64,000 nt of DNA from positions 181,119 to 245,118 of the forward strand of contig NZ_JMCB01000028.1 in NCBI RefSeq assembly GCF_000737315.1. Direction: 5' to 3'. A program made the translations under genes and the position numbers. This stretch comes from Hyalangium minutum. GTDB taxonomy: Bacteria; Myxococcota; Myxococcia; Myxococcales; Myxococcaceae. The notes under the pieces are model-generated. The model did not search any database and had not been told where the DNA came from. It saw only the letters and a program-made list of their open reading frames with translations. Positions 55,481 to 64,000 of this stretch are shown piece after piece. The stretch's first letter is position 1. Each line of letters opens with the position of its first letter.

Positions 55481-57466
55481 ATGCAGGCCTCACTGCTGCG
55501 GCGGGCCGGACGCGCGGGGCGCGCGTGGCTCATCTACCGGCTGGATCAGCTGCTCACCTATCCCCCGCTGGTGCAGGTGGCCGTGCTGCTGCTGCTCACG
55601 GCCATTCTCATCTCGGCCTTCGCGGTACTGGCGCTCGCTGTGCACCCGGGCGACGCGCAGTTCCCCGGCGCCTCGGAAGCCCTGTGGTGGTCCGTCACCC
55701 ACTTCCTGGATGGCGGCACCATGGCGGGAGACCCCATCCGCCTGCGGGTGCTGGCACTGGGCGCCACAGGCACAGGCATCCTCGCGCTGTCGCTGCTGAC
55801 CGCAGCGCTGGCCTCGAAGATGGGCGAGCGCATCACCGACATGCGCTCGGGCCTCAACCCCGTCGTCGAGCGGGGCCACGTGCTGTGCCTCGGCTACGCG
55901 CCCAACGTGGCGCTCGTGGCGCGGGAGCTCGCCCGCTCGGGACAGCGCTGCACGCTGGTGGTGCTGGCCCCCGAGGACAAGGACCGCATTGACGCGGCGC
56001 TGAGGCCCGCTCGCCAGGTGCCGGGCCACCGGCTGCGCACGGTGGTGCGCACGGGAGATCCTCGCAACGAGCAGGCGCTGCTGCGAGTCGCCGCGCCCTC
56101 GGCCCGGGCGGTCATCGTCACGCCTCCGGCGACGCTCTCGGATGACGACTCCGTGCAGTGGACGCTGTCCACGCTGCTGGCCATGCGCCGCGTGGCAGAG
56201 ACGGGCTTCGAGGGGCGGGTCATCGTCGAGGCCCGCCACACCGAGGCACGGGAGCTGCTCTCGCTGGCGGGCGAGCCGGGCGTAGCGGGCGAGGGACAGC
56301 TCGCGATGGACATCATCGCGGCGGACGAGGTGGTGGCCAGCATCCTCGCCGCGAGCACCCGGCAGGACGGCATCTACTTCGTGCTGCGGCACCTGCTCGC
56401 GTTCGATGGCTGCGAGTTCTACATCGAGCCCCTTCCCGACTCCCTGGTGGGGCAGAGCTTCGACGAGGTGCATGCCCGGGTGCACGACGCCATCCTCGTC
56501 GGCGTGCGCACCGAAGCGGGAGAGATGATCCTGTGCCCGGCGCCCGCGAGTCCCCGGAAGCTGGCGCGGGGAGACCGGCTCATCCTGCTGGCCTCGGGCT
56601 TCGGCCGGTGGCGCCTGGGGAGCGAGCTGCCCTCCTCCCAGTTGCCCGCGCACAGCGCCGTGCCCGACCCCACGCCCCAACACGTCAGCATCGTGGGCTT
56701 CAACTCCACGCTGCCCCACCTGCTGCGAGAGCTGAGCGCCATCCTGCCCACGGGCTCCCGGGTGCAGGTCGTCGCGGGCGAGAACTCCCCTCGCGCCCTG
56801 CCAATGGTGGAGGACCTGAGCCAGAAGGAGAGTGCCATCCAGCTCTCGTGTGACACCCGCCCGGCCGCGCCGCTCATGCACCGGGGACAGCACGAGATGT
56901 GCCGCGCGGACGCAGTGGTCATCCTGGGCAACGAGGATCCCCATGACGAGAACGGAGACGCGAGCGCCCTGGCCATGCTGCTGCGGCTGCGCCATGGCCA
57001 GAAGGTGAGCGGCCACCGGGCCCGGCGCGTGGTCACGGAAGTGAGAGACCCCCGCTCCGCCCTGCACATCGCGCCTCGGCGCGGGGACTGCGTGGTGTCC
57101 AGCGGCGTGGTGGCGATGCTGCTGGCGCAGGTGGTGCTGGATCCTGATGTGGCGCCCGTCTACCGGGAGCTGCTGTCTCCCCGAGGCGTCGCGGTGCGCC
57201 TTCGCCCGCGCCGGGTCTATGTCTCCGCAGGCTCGGCCACCTTCGACCAGGTGCTGGCGAACGCGAGGGCCCGAGGGGAGATTGCGCTGGGCTTCTATCC
57301 GGATCCGCGCAGCCACGGGCAGGCGCAGGCTCGCCAGCGGTTGGAGGAAGGCGACGTGGAGCTGGGCGAGGATGCGTGGCTGAACCCTCCTTGGGACACA
57401 CGGGTGCCGGACACCGAGGACGCCCAAGTGGTGGTGCTGGCCCACGAGCGTGACACGCCAAGCTGA
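55481..57466 (+). CDS. CASTOR/POLLUX(DMI1)-like cation channel with two RCK domains
   Basis: TM-pore-TM (ALWWSVTHFLDGGT), VVERGHVLCLG, VVRTGDP, LLAFDGCEFY, VVTEVRDP. Confidence 0.75.
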   Translation: MQASLLRRAGRAGRAWLIYRLDQLLTYPPLVQVAVLLLLTAILISAFAVLALAVHPGDAQFPGASEALWWSVTHFLDGGTMAGDPIRLRVLALGATGTGILALSLLTAALASKMGERITDMRSGLNPVVERGHVLCLGYAPNVALVARELARSGQRCTLVVLAPEDKDRIDAALRPARQVPGHRLRTVVRTGDPRNEQALLRVAAPSARAVIVTPPATLSDDDSVQWTLSTLLAMRRVAETGFEGRVIVEARHTEARELLSLAGEPGVAGEGQLAMDIIAADEVVASILAASTRQDGIYFVLRHLLAFDGCEFYIEPLPDSLVGQSFDEVHARVHDAILVGVRTEAGEMILCPAPASPRKLARGDRLILLASGFGRWRLGSELPSSQLPAHSAVPDPTPQHVSIVGFNSTLPHLLRELSAILPTGSRVQVVAGENSPRALPMVEDLSQKESAIQLSCDTRPAAPLMHRGQHEMCRADAVVILGNEDPHDENGDASALAMLLRLRHGQKVSGHRARRVVTEVRDPRSALHIAPRRGDCVVSSGVVAMLLAQVVLDPDVAPVYRELLSPRGVAVRLRPRRVYVSAGSATFDQVLANARARGEIALGFYPDPRSHGQAQARQRLEEGDVELGEDAWLNPPWDTRVPDTEDAQVVVLAHERDTPS

Positions 57467-57816
57467 GCGCCCATTCGCGGGCCTGAGCGGGCCTTCACGA
57501 AACCGCGGGCCTGAGACATGTATTCACCTGCGGCAATTGCTCGCCTGCCCTTCGGCCTGGCTTGAAGGGGGGATGTGTTGAGTTCGAAATAAATATGTCA
57601 TCAATGCTCTTTTTGGGCGCGCGCAGCGCGCCGCAATTCCGCGGCCCCGTCACCCTGAGAAGAGCGCCTCAAAACACCTACAGCCACCCCTGAAGCAGGG
57701 GCTTCGGCCCTGAGCCCGGGGAGCGGCTGTCCCTGACCCCTCGCACCGCAGTCTTCGCCAGTTCTGCGTCTGCGCGGTCTGGCACTCCACCTGTCTGTCT
57801 TTTTCCCAGAGAGAAC

Positions 57817-58998
57817 ATGAAGAACGTTTTTCTGTTGGTTGGAACCTTGCTCACCATCGGCACCGTGGCCTGCGGCCCGCAGGACCCTCTCTCCGATGAA
57901 GTTCCAGGACTCCTGACCTCCACCGAGAGCGAGCTGTCTGCGTCCAACTGCACGCAGCTCACCCCCACCTCGGTGATCGTCTCTGGCAGTGAGTCCAGCA
58001 ACCCGGGAACCAACGCCCTGGACAACAACCTGGACACCCGCTGGAGCAACCTCGGCAAGGGCTCCTTCATCGACTTCGACCTGGGCTCGGAGAAGTCGGT
58101 GTCGGGTGCGGCCATCGCCTGGCACCTGGGCACCACGCAGATCAACAACTTCCTCCTCCAGACGACGCTGGACGGCATCAACTACACCCAGGTCTACAGC
58201 GGGCGGAACAGCGCCACCCTGGCGGCGGAGACCTATACGTTCCCCGCGCGCACCGCGCGCCGCCTGCGCATCAGCGTGCTGGGTAACAACCTGAACAACT
58301 GGGCCAGCATCGCCGAGGCCCGTCCGTGCGCGGGCTCGGTGAGCACTCCACCCGCTGCCTCAGTGGTGTGGCGCGGCGACTTCGAGACGGGCAACCTCAC
58401 GCAGTGGACCCGGGAGCAAGAGGTGAGCGCGGACCGGCTGCAGATCGTCACTTCGCCGGTGCGCCAGGGCGGCTATGCGCTCAAGGCCACCGTGAAGCAG
58501 GGAGATGATCCCATCGACGCCAGCGGCAACCGCAACGAGATGGTGCGCCTGACGTACGAGCCGGCGAACTCCGAGTACTACTACCGCTGGAGCACGATGT
58601 TCCCGTCGGACTTCCCGTCCCCGGCCACCTGGCAGCTCTTCACCCAGTGGCACCACACGGGCAGCAGCGGCTCGCCGCCGGTGGAGTTTGCCGTCAACAA
58701 CGGCAACATCATCCTCTACTGCCGCAGCACCGAAGTGTGGCGCACCCCGCTGGTGCGCGGCGTGTGGAACGACTTCGTCTTCCACGTGAAGTGGTCGCCC
58801 AGCTCGAGCACCGGCTTCGTGGAGCTCTACCACCAGGGCCGGCTCGTGCTGCCCAAGCGCTACTGCGCCACCCAGTTCTCCGGACAGGTCAACTACCTGA
58901 AGGTGGGCCTGTACCGGAACTCCAGCATCAGCCAGACGGGCGTGGTGTACCACGACAACTGGCTCATGGGCCGCTCGCTGTCGGATGTGATGCCGTAG
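57817..58998 (+). CDS. Lipoprotein with CBM32 and polysaccharide-lyase-like beta-jelly-roll domain
   Basis: Lipobox TVAC; LDNNLDTRWS F5/8 domain; WRGDFETG, RNEM, FTQWH, YLKVGLYRN. Confidence 0.75.
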   Translation: MKNVFLLVGTLLTIGTVACGPQDPLSDEVPGLLTSTESELSASNCTQLTPTSVIVSGSESSNPGTNALDNNLDTRWSNLGKGSFIDFDLGSEKSVSGAAIAWHLGTTQINNFLLQTTLDGINYTQVYSGRNSATLAAETYTFPARTARRLRISVLGNNLNNWASIAEARPCAGSVSTPPAASVVWRGDFETGNLTQWTREQEVSADRLQIVTSPVRQGGYALKATVKQGDDPIDASGNRNEMVRLTYEPANSEYYYRWSTMFPSDFPSPATWQLFTQWHHTGSSGSPPVEFAVNNGNIILYCRSTEVWRTPLVRGVWNDFVFHVKWSPSSSTGFVELYHQGRLVLPKRYCATQFSGQVNYLKVGLYRNSSISQTGVVYHDNWLMGRSLSDVMP

Positions 58999-59027
58999 CC
59001 ACGCTGCACTTTTCGAATGTAGAGGAG

Positions 59028-59052
59028 GCTCCCCCTCACAGTGAGGGGGAGC
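59028..59052 (+). terminator. Hairpin after lyase gene
   Basis: GCTCCCCCTCAC-A-GTGAGGGGGAGC. Confidence 0.55.
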
Positions 59053-59195
59053 ATTCCCGAAGGACCTGAGTTCCCCGCGAATCTTTCCTCGGAATCCAGC
59101 CTATCCAGGATGGAACGCACGTTGCTGCGGAGGCGCCGCGCATTGCGTCCACGGCGGCCCTCTCCGCCGCGTTCATCCTCGAAAGGTTTTCTCCG

Positions 59196-62033
59196 ATGAG
59201 ACTGCAATCCGTAGGGAACTCCCTCTGGGTCTGCGCTGCGCTGGCCGTCATGGCCTGCAGCGAGGCTCCCGCCGAGCACACATCCGCGCCCCTGAGTACG
59301 GCCCAGCAGGCGGTCAACAGCACGAACAGGGTGTTGATCCTCGGCAGCAGCGTCACGGGCGGGCTCCAGAGCCGCGAGGCCCGCGCGGTCGCTGAGCAGG
59401 ATCCCTCCGCGGCCATCGAGGTGGTGACGCCGGCTCAGTGGCGGGCGATGACGGGCGAGCAGTTCATGTCGTACCGCGCGCTGATCATCGGAGATGGGGC
59501 GTGCCAGAGCGGCACGGCCGCGTTCCAGGCCGCGGTGGATACGCGGGACACGTGGGGCGACATCGTCGATGGCACCGTGGCCCTGCTCGCCACGGATCCG
59601 TCTCACAACGGCACGCCGCAGCTGGTGGAGAACGCGATCGCGTTCGTCCTCAACTCGGTGCAGTACCGCACCGGCATGTACATCGCGCTGGGCTGCGCGT
59701 ACCAGAACACGACGGCGCCGGTGGCGGTGACGCTGCTGGAGCCGTTCGGCCACTTCTCCGCGCAGGGCGTGCCGGGCTGCGCCCAGTCGGCCCACATGTT
59801 CCAGATGTACCCGGATCTGCTCTCGCGCGAACTGCCGGACGGGCTGCTGCCGGGCAATGGCGGGTGCGCGGCGCGCTCGGTGTTCACGCAGTACCCGGAG
59901 CAGAACTTCTCGCTGGCGGCGATAGCACTGAGCACGCCGGAGAAAACGATGCCCGGCCAGAAGACCTACTCGGACGTGCTCGTGGTTCCGGGAGAGCAGA
60001 CGCCCATGGCGAGCACGCCGTACGTCCTGCTCCGGGGCGCTTCGCCCCAAGCCATCGGCTGTGGCCTCGACGAGACGCCGGAGGGCGAGGAGTGCGACCT
60101 GGGCGACTACATGAACGGCCAGGCCGCGTTTCCGGGACAGTCTGCGGAGGACACGTGCTCCTTCTCGTGCCGCCAGCACTGGTGCGGCGACGGCGTGGTG
60201 GACCGGAATCTTGGAGAGGAGTGCGACCTGGGCGTGGGCAACGGCCGCAAGGGGGATGCTGCGGGCAGCATCGGCGCCTGCACGGCGTCCTGCCAGATCC
60301 CCACCACCTCCGCGCCGCCCAGCCACCCGCCCACCGCGCTCTGCAAGAACGTGACGATGGCGGCCGAGTACACCTGCGGCGCGTCCGTGAGCATCGACAG
60401 CGGCTCCTATGACGCGGACAATGACCTGACGGGCTGCATCCAGAGCCCGGCGGGCCCGTACGGCATCGGCAACACGACGGTGAGCCTGTCCTGCACGGAC
60501 CTGGCGGGCCAGACGTCCTCATGCACGGGCGTGGTGACGGTGTTGGACCGCGGGGCGCCGGTGGTGACGCTCAGCGGCGCCGCGAACCAGACGTTGGAGT
60601 GCGTCGCGGGTGGCACGTACACGGATCCGGGCACCAGCGCGAGCGACCTGTGCGAGGGCAACAAGACCGTCACGCGCACGGGCTCGGTGCAGATGGGCAC
60701 GCCCGGCACCTACTCGCTGAGCTATGTGGCGGCGGACTCGGCGGGGAACACCTCGGCGCCGGTGACGCGCACGGTGACCGTGAACGACACGCTGCCGCCC
60801 ACGCTGTCCCTCAGCGGACTGGCCAACATGGCGCTGGAGTGCGGCACGGCGTACACCGAGCCCGGGGCCACGGCGGCTGATCAGTGCGCGAGCAACCTGA
60901 CCGGCGCCATCGTGAAGACCGGCACGGTGAACACAGCGGCCCCTGGCAGCTACGTGCTTCGCTACAACGTGAAGGATCCCTCGAACCTCTCCGCGCCCGA
61001 GGCGAGCCGCGTGGTCACCGTGAGGGACACGCTGCCTCCCACGCTGACGCTCAACGGTCCGTCGAGCGTGACCCTGGCGTGCGGCGCGTCCTACACGGAT
61101 CCAGGCGCCACGGCGAATGACACGTGCGCCAAGGACCTGACCTCGAGCATCACCGTCACCAGCAACCTCGACCGCAACCGGGCGGGCCAGTACACCACCA
61201 CGTTCCGAGTGGCGGACCCTTCGGGGAACGTGAAAACGGCGGTACGGCAGCTCACGGTGGGGCCGTGCGCCACGTGCATCAACCTGCGCCTGGGTGAGTA
61301 CACGCTGTTCCTGGACGGGGATTACAACCTGGGCACAGACGTGGAGGGCAAGGTGGCGGCGGCGGGCAACATCACCATGAACAACTTCTCGGTGGGCCAC
61401 CGGCTGCCGGCCAACAATATTTCCAATGCGCTGGTGGCGGGCGGCAACCTGAAGCTCACCAACGGCGGCGTGTGGGGCGATGCCCGGTACGGAGGCACCT
61501 TCAGCGCCGACACCACGGTGGTGTACCCGCGCGGCACGAGGGCACAGGGGACGCCGATCGACTTCGCGGCGCGGTGGACGGAGCTGCGCACCCAGTCCTC
61601 GCAGCTGGCGGCCCTGACGGTCAACGGCACCACCCGGCGCGAGAACTGGGGCGGCGTCATGATGCGTGGCACGAACCCGAGCCTGAACGTCTTCGACGTG
61701 TCCGCCAGCGCCTTCAATGGAGCGGTGATGTGGTCCATCGAGGCGCCCGCGGGCTCGCTGGTGGTGGTGAACATCCGCGGTACCCCGCCGACGTTCCGGG
61801 GCTTCGGCATCTCGTTTGCCGGCGGCATCGCCTCGAATGCCGTGCTCTACAACTTCGTGGATGCGACCAGCATCAGCGCCACGGGCTTCGGCTTCATGGG
61901 AACGGTGCTGGCGCCCTACGCGAACGTCAACTTCACCGAAGGCGCCTGGGAGGGCGGCCTGTACGCGAAGTCGCTCACGGGCAACGCCGAGGGCCACATC
62001 AACCCGCTCACCCAGCGGGACATCTGCCCGTAG
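59196..62033 (+). CDS. Surface lipoprotein: alpha/beta N-domain, Cys-rich EECDLG repeats, HYR/DUF5011 Ig-like repeats, choice-of-anchor A domain
   Basis: Lipobox VMAC; repeated DTLPPTLTL..CG..YTDPGATA.D.C units; DVEGKVAAAGN...GTVLAPYA. Confidence 0.8.
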   Translation: MRLQSVGNSLWVCAALAVMACSEAPAEHTSAPLSTAQQAVNSTNRVLILGSSVTGGLQSREARAVAEQDPSAAIEVVTPAQWRAMTGEQFMSYRALIIGDGACQSGTAAFQAAVDTRDTWGDIVDGTVALLATDPSHNGTPQLVENAIAFVLNSVQYRTGMYIALGCAYQNTTAPVAVTLLEPFGHFSAQGVPGCAQSAHMFQMYPDLLSRELPDGLLPGNGGCAARSVFTQYPEQNFSLAAIALSTPEKTMPGQKTYSDVLVVPGEQTPMASTPYVLLRGASPQAIGCGLDETPEGEECDLGDYMNGQAAFPGQSAEDTCSFSCRQHWCGDGVVDRNLGEECDLGVGNGRKGDAAGSIGACTASCQIPTTSAPPSHPPTALCKNVTMAAEYTCGASVSIDSGSYDADNDLTGCIQSPAGPYGIGNTTVSLSCTDLAGQTSSCTGVVTVLDRGAPVVTLSGAANQTLECVAGGTYTDPGTSASDLCEGNKTVTRTGSVQMGTPGTYSLSYVAADSAGNTSAPVTRTVTVNDTLPPTLSLSGLANMALECGTAYTEPGATAADQCASNLTGAIVKTGTVNTAAPGSYVLRYNVKDPSNLSAPEASRVVTVRDTLPPTLTLNGPSSVTLACGASYTDPGATANDTCAKDLTSSITVTSNLDRNRAGQYTTTFRVADPSGNVKTAVRQLTVGPCATCINLRLGEYTLFLDGDYNLGTDVEGKVAAAGNITMNNFSVGHRLPANNISNALVAGGNLKLTNGGVWGDARYGGTFSADTTVVYPRGTRAQGTPIDFAARWTELRTQSSQLAALTVNGTTRRENWGGVMMRGTNPSLNVFDVSASAFNGAVMWSIEAPAGSLVVVNIRGTPPTFRGFGISFAGGIASNAVLYNFVDATSISATGFGFMGTVLAPYANVNFTEGAWEGGLYAKSLTGNAEGHINPLTQRDICP

Positions 62034-62084
62034 CCGCGGGTTCGATGGCCTCCGCTTCCCAGCGGACCTCCACCGCTCCTGGCC

Positions 62085-62558
62085 CTAGGAGAGCTGGAGA
62101 TGGCAGTGCGGGCACCGGTTGATGATGAAATCGGTGCCGAGCCTGCTGCCCGTTGCCAGCCCCTCCCCGCAGGCAGGACACCGCAAGAGCAAGACTTTCC
62201 CGATAAGGAGGGCCAGCATTCCGAAGACCGAAGCGCAGAAGCCGAACTCCCGCCAGTAGAGCCCGAGGAACTCGAACAGAGCGTTGTCGCGCTTGCCCTC
62301 CGCGCCCAGGTACAGGACGAGCAGTCCGGAGCCGATGGCCGGATAGGAGAGGAGCCGGTGGAGCCACCGTCGCCTGGCGAAGCTCTGGCGGAAGGCCTTG
62401 AGCGAAGCCGCCGAGGCCTTGATCAGGGGCTGACGGGGCGGCTGCGCACTCGCCGGAGGCACCGGCATTCCACGAGCCTTCACGCGCTTGATCAGGAAGA
62501 TCAGGGCAACGAAGAAGAGACCAACGAGCAGCGGCAGGACATCAAAGAGCTTGTTCAT
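62085..62558 (-). CDS. Small membrane protein with C-terminal Zn-ribbon
   Basis: Three TM segments; CPACG...CPHC. Confidence 0.65.
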   Translation of the reverse strand: MNKLFDVLPLLVGLFFVALIFLIKRVKARGMPVPPASAQPPRQPLIKASAASLKAFRQSFARRRWLHRLLSYPAIGSGLLVLYLGAEGKRDNALFEFLGLYWREFGFCASVFGMLALLIGKVLLLRCPACGEGLATGSRLGTDFIINRCPHCHLQLS

Positions 62559-62706
62559 GGCGGTGGGGGATGAGCCCCGAAAGAATAGCCCTCATGGCCC
62601 GCGCGTTCCGCGCCGAGTCGTTGCGCTCGATCATCTGAAGAGCGGAGCAGCGGCATGAGGGGTAGCAGCCCCCCTCTGAGAGACCGCCGCTCCGCGCCCC
62701 GTCCGC

Positions 62707-64000
62707 TCAGGGCGTGATGGAGACGAGCGTGCCAACCTTGATGTTGTTGTCGTCGATCAGCTCGGGCTGGTTGTTGATCGGGTCCACCACGGCACCCAGG
62801 GAGTACGCGCCCGCCGACGGCACGGACGCGCTGCCCGACACCGTCAACGTCTGGCACTGCCCCGGGTTCAGATACGGCGTGCCGACGTAGCCCACAAAGG
62901 AGTCCGGCGAAGGCCCTGTGGGACCGTTCGGCGTGATGGTGGTGTCCGCCGACAGGTACACCTCGACGGGCGCGCCGCCTGCCTGCGTACCCTGGTTGCA
63001 CACCACCACCGTCGCCGTGAGCTGCTGACCGGGCGTGGCACTCACTGGCCCCGTCACCGACGACACCACGAAGTCCGGCTTGTAGCCGATACCCAGCCGC
63101 GCGCCCGTCTTGGCGTTGTTGTCCTCGAGCAGCTCGACCGTGCCGTTGGGCGGATCCACATAGGCACCCAAGTAGTAAGCACCCTCGGAGGGCACCGAGG
63201 CCGGGCCCTGCACCGTCAGCGTCTGGCACTGCCCCGGGTTCAGATACGGCGTGCCGACGTAGCCCACAAAGGAGTCCGGCGAAGGCCCTGTGGGACCGTT
63301 CGGCGTGATGGTGCTGTCCGCCGACAGGTACACCTCGACAGGCGCGCCGCCTGCCTGCGTACCCTGGTTGCACACCACCACCGTCGCCGTGAGCGTCTGG
63401 CCCATCCTCACGCTGCTCGCGCTCGTCACCGACGACACCACGAAGTCCGGCTTGTAGCCGATACCCAGCCGCGCGCCCGTCTTGGCGTTGTTGTCCTCGA
63501 GCAGCTCGACCGTGCCGTTGGGCGGATCCACGTAGGCGCCCAGGTAATAAGTCCCCTCAGAGGGCACCGAGGCCGAGCCCTGGACCGTCAGCGCCTGACA
63601 CTGCCCCGGATTCAGATACGGCGTGCCGACGTAGCCTACAAAGGAGTCCGGCGAAGGCCCTGTGGGACCGTTCGGCGTGATGGTGGTGTCCGCCGACAGG
63701 TACACCTCGACGGGCGCGCCGCCTGCCTGCGTGCCTTGGTTGCACACCACCACCGTCGCCGTGAGCTGCTGCCCAGGCGTGGCGCTCACCGGCCCCGTCA
63801 CCGACGACACCACGAAGTCCGGCTTGTAGCCGATGCCAATGCGCGCGCCCGTCTTGGCGTTGTTGTTCTCGAGCAGCTCGGCCGTGCCGTTGGGCGGATC
63901 CACGTACGCACCCAAGTAGTAAGCACCCTCGGAGGGCACCGAGGCCGGGCCCTGCACCGTCAGCGTCTGGCACTGCCCCGGGTTCAGATACGGCGTGCCG
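62707..64000 (-). CDS. CARDB-repeat secreted/surface protein, C-terminal part (5' end outside window)
   Basis: Repeats KPDFVVSSV...VCNQG...VEVYLSAD...YYLGAYVDP..ELLEDNN. Confidence 0.85.
   Translation of the reverse strand, partial: GTPYLNPGQCQTLTVQGPASVPSEGAYYLGAYVDPPNGTAELLENNNAKTGARIGIGYKPDFVVSSVTGPVSATPGQQLTATVVVCNQGTQAGGAPVEVYLSADTTITPNGPTGPSPDSFVGYVGTPYLNPGQCQALTVQGSASVPSEGTYYLGAYVDPPNGTVELLEDNNAKTGARLGIGYKPDFVVSSVTSASSVRMGQTLTATVVVCNQGTQAGGAPVEVYLSADSTITPNGPTGPSPDSFVGYVGTPYLNPGQCQTLTVQGPASVPSEGAYYLGAYVDPPNGTVELLEDNNAKTGARLGIGYKPDFVVSSVTGPVSATPGQQLTATVVVCNQGTQAGGAPVEVYLSADTTITPNGPTGPSPDSFVGYVGTPYLNPGQCQTLTVSGSASVPSAGAYSLGAVVDPINNQPELIDDNNIKVGTLVSITP
62720..64000 (-). repeat. 372-bp near-identical tandem repeat (>3 copies) with 744-bp AB higher-order period
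   Basis: GATACGGCGT recurs at 62871, 63243, 63615 and 63987. Confidence 0.92.

Noticed and set aside
57659-57672. Additional LacI-type operator (GAAGAGCGCCTCAA)
   Set aside because: Only the AGCGC core matches; about six mismatches and no symmetry
57467-57816. Riboswitch or ncRNA in the long leader of the lyase gene (contains a cUUCGg hairpin near 57700)
   Set aside because: No recognisable consensus (c-di-GMP, cobalamin, TPP, SAM) by eye; needs an Infernal/Rfam search

Overview
High-GC myxobacterial chromosomal window (Cystobacterineae-like, inferred from gene content and myxobacterial lipoprotein/kinase motifs), with about 50 real genes. No rRNA, tRNA, CRISPR array, IS or prophage was recognised. 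(i) 1-1.2 kb: a coupled ABC-type ATPase + TOPRIM-like gene pair, possibly defence. (ii) 3.9-25.0 kb: a ~21-kb beta-1,3-glucan/beta-glucoside utilisation locus: Opp/Dpp-type ABC importer, GH1, two GH3, GH55, GH128 and GH16. It is tied together by a recurrent LacI-type palindrome TGA(A/G)AGCGC(T/A)(T/C)TCA, found in in-phase pairs at two promoters. (iii) 25-32.9 kb: Ser/Thr kinase, GT2, stand-alone mreB, TPR and Sel1 proteins. (iv) 33.0-36.4 kb: an exported three-gene redox module: MauG-like His/Tyr diheme enzyme, Tat-exported metallophosphoesterase, and a TsdA/SoxA-like His/Cys cytochrome. (v) 36.8-52.5 kb: aminoacyl-lipid synthase-like gene, MarR-ClC operon, OM barrel/lipoprotein/TPR operon, PepN, GDPD, DsbA-like protein, a DUF4139 pair and a VOC protein with a histone-like tail. 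(vi) 52.6-55.3 kb: a lipoprotein toxin (GIY-YIG/URI-like C-terminus) with an Imm26-like immunity gene next to a decayed kinase. (vii) 55.5-64 kb: CASTOR/POLLUX-like channel, CBM32-lyase, a choice-of-anchor-A surface lipoprotein and a CARDB repeat protein with 372/744-bp periodicity. A ~55-bp REP-like palindrome occurs twice. All family assignments come from motif recognition by eye; no database search was run.
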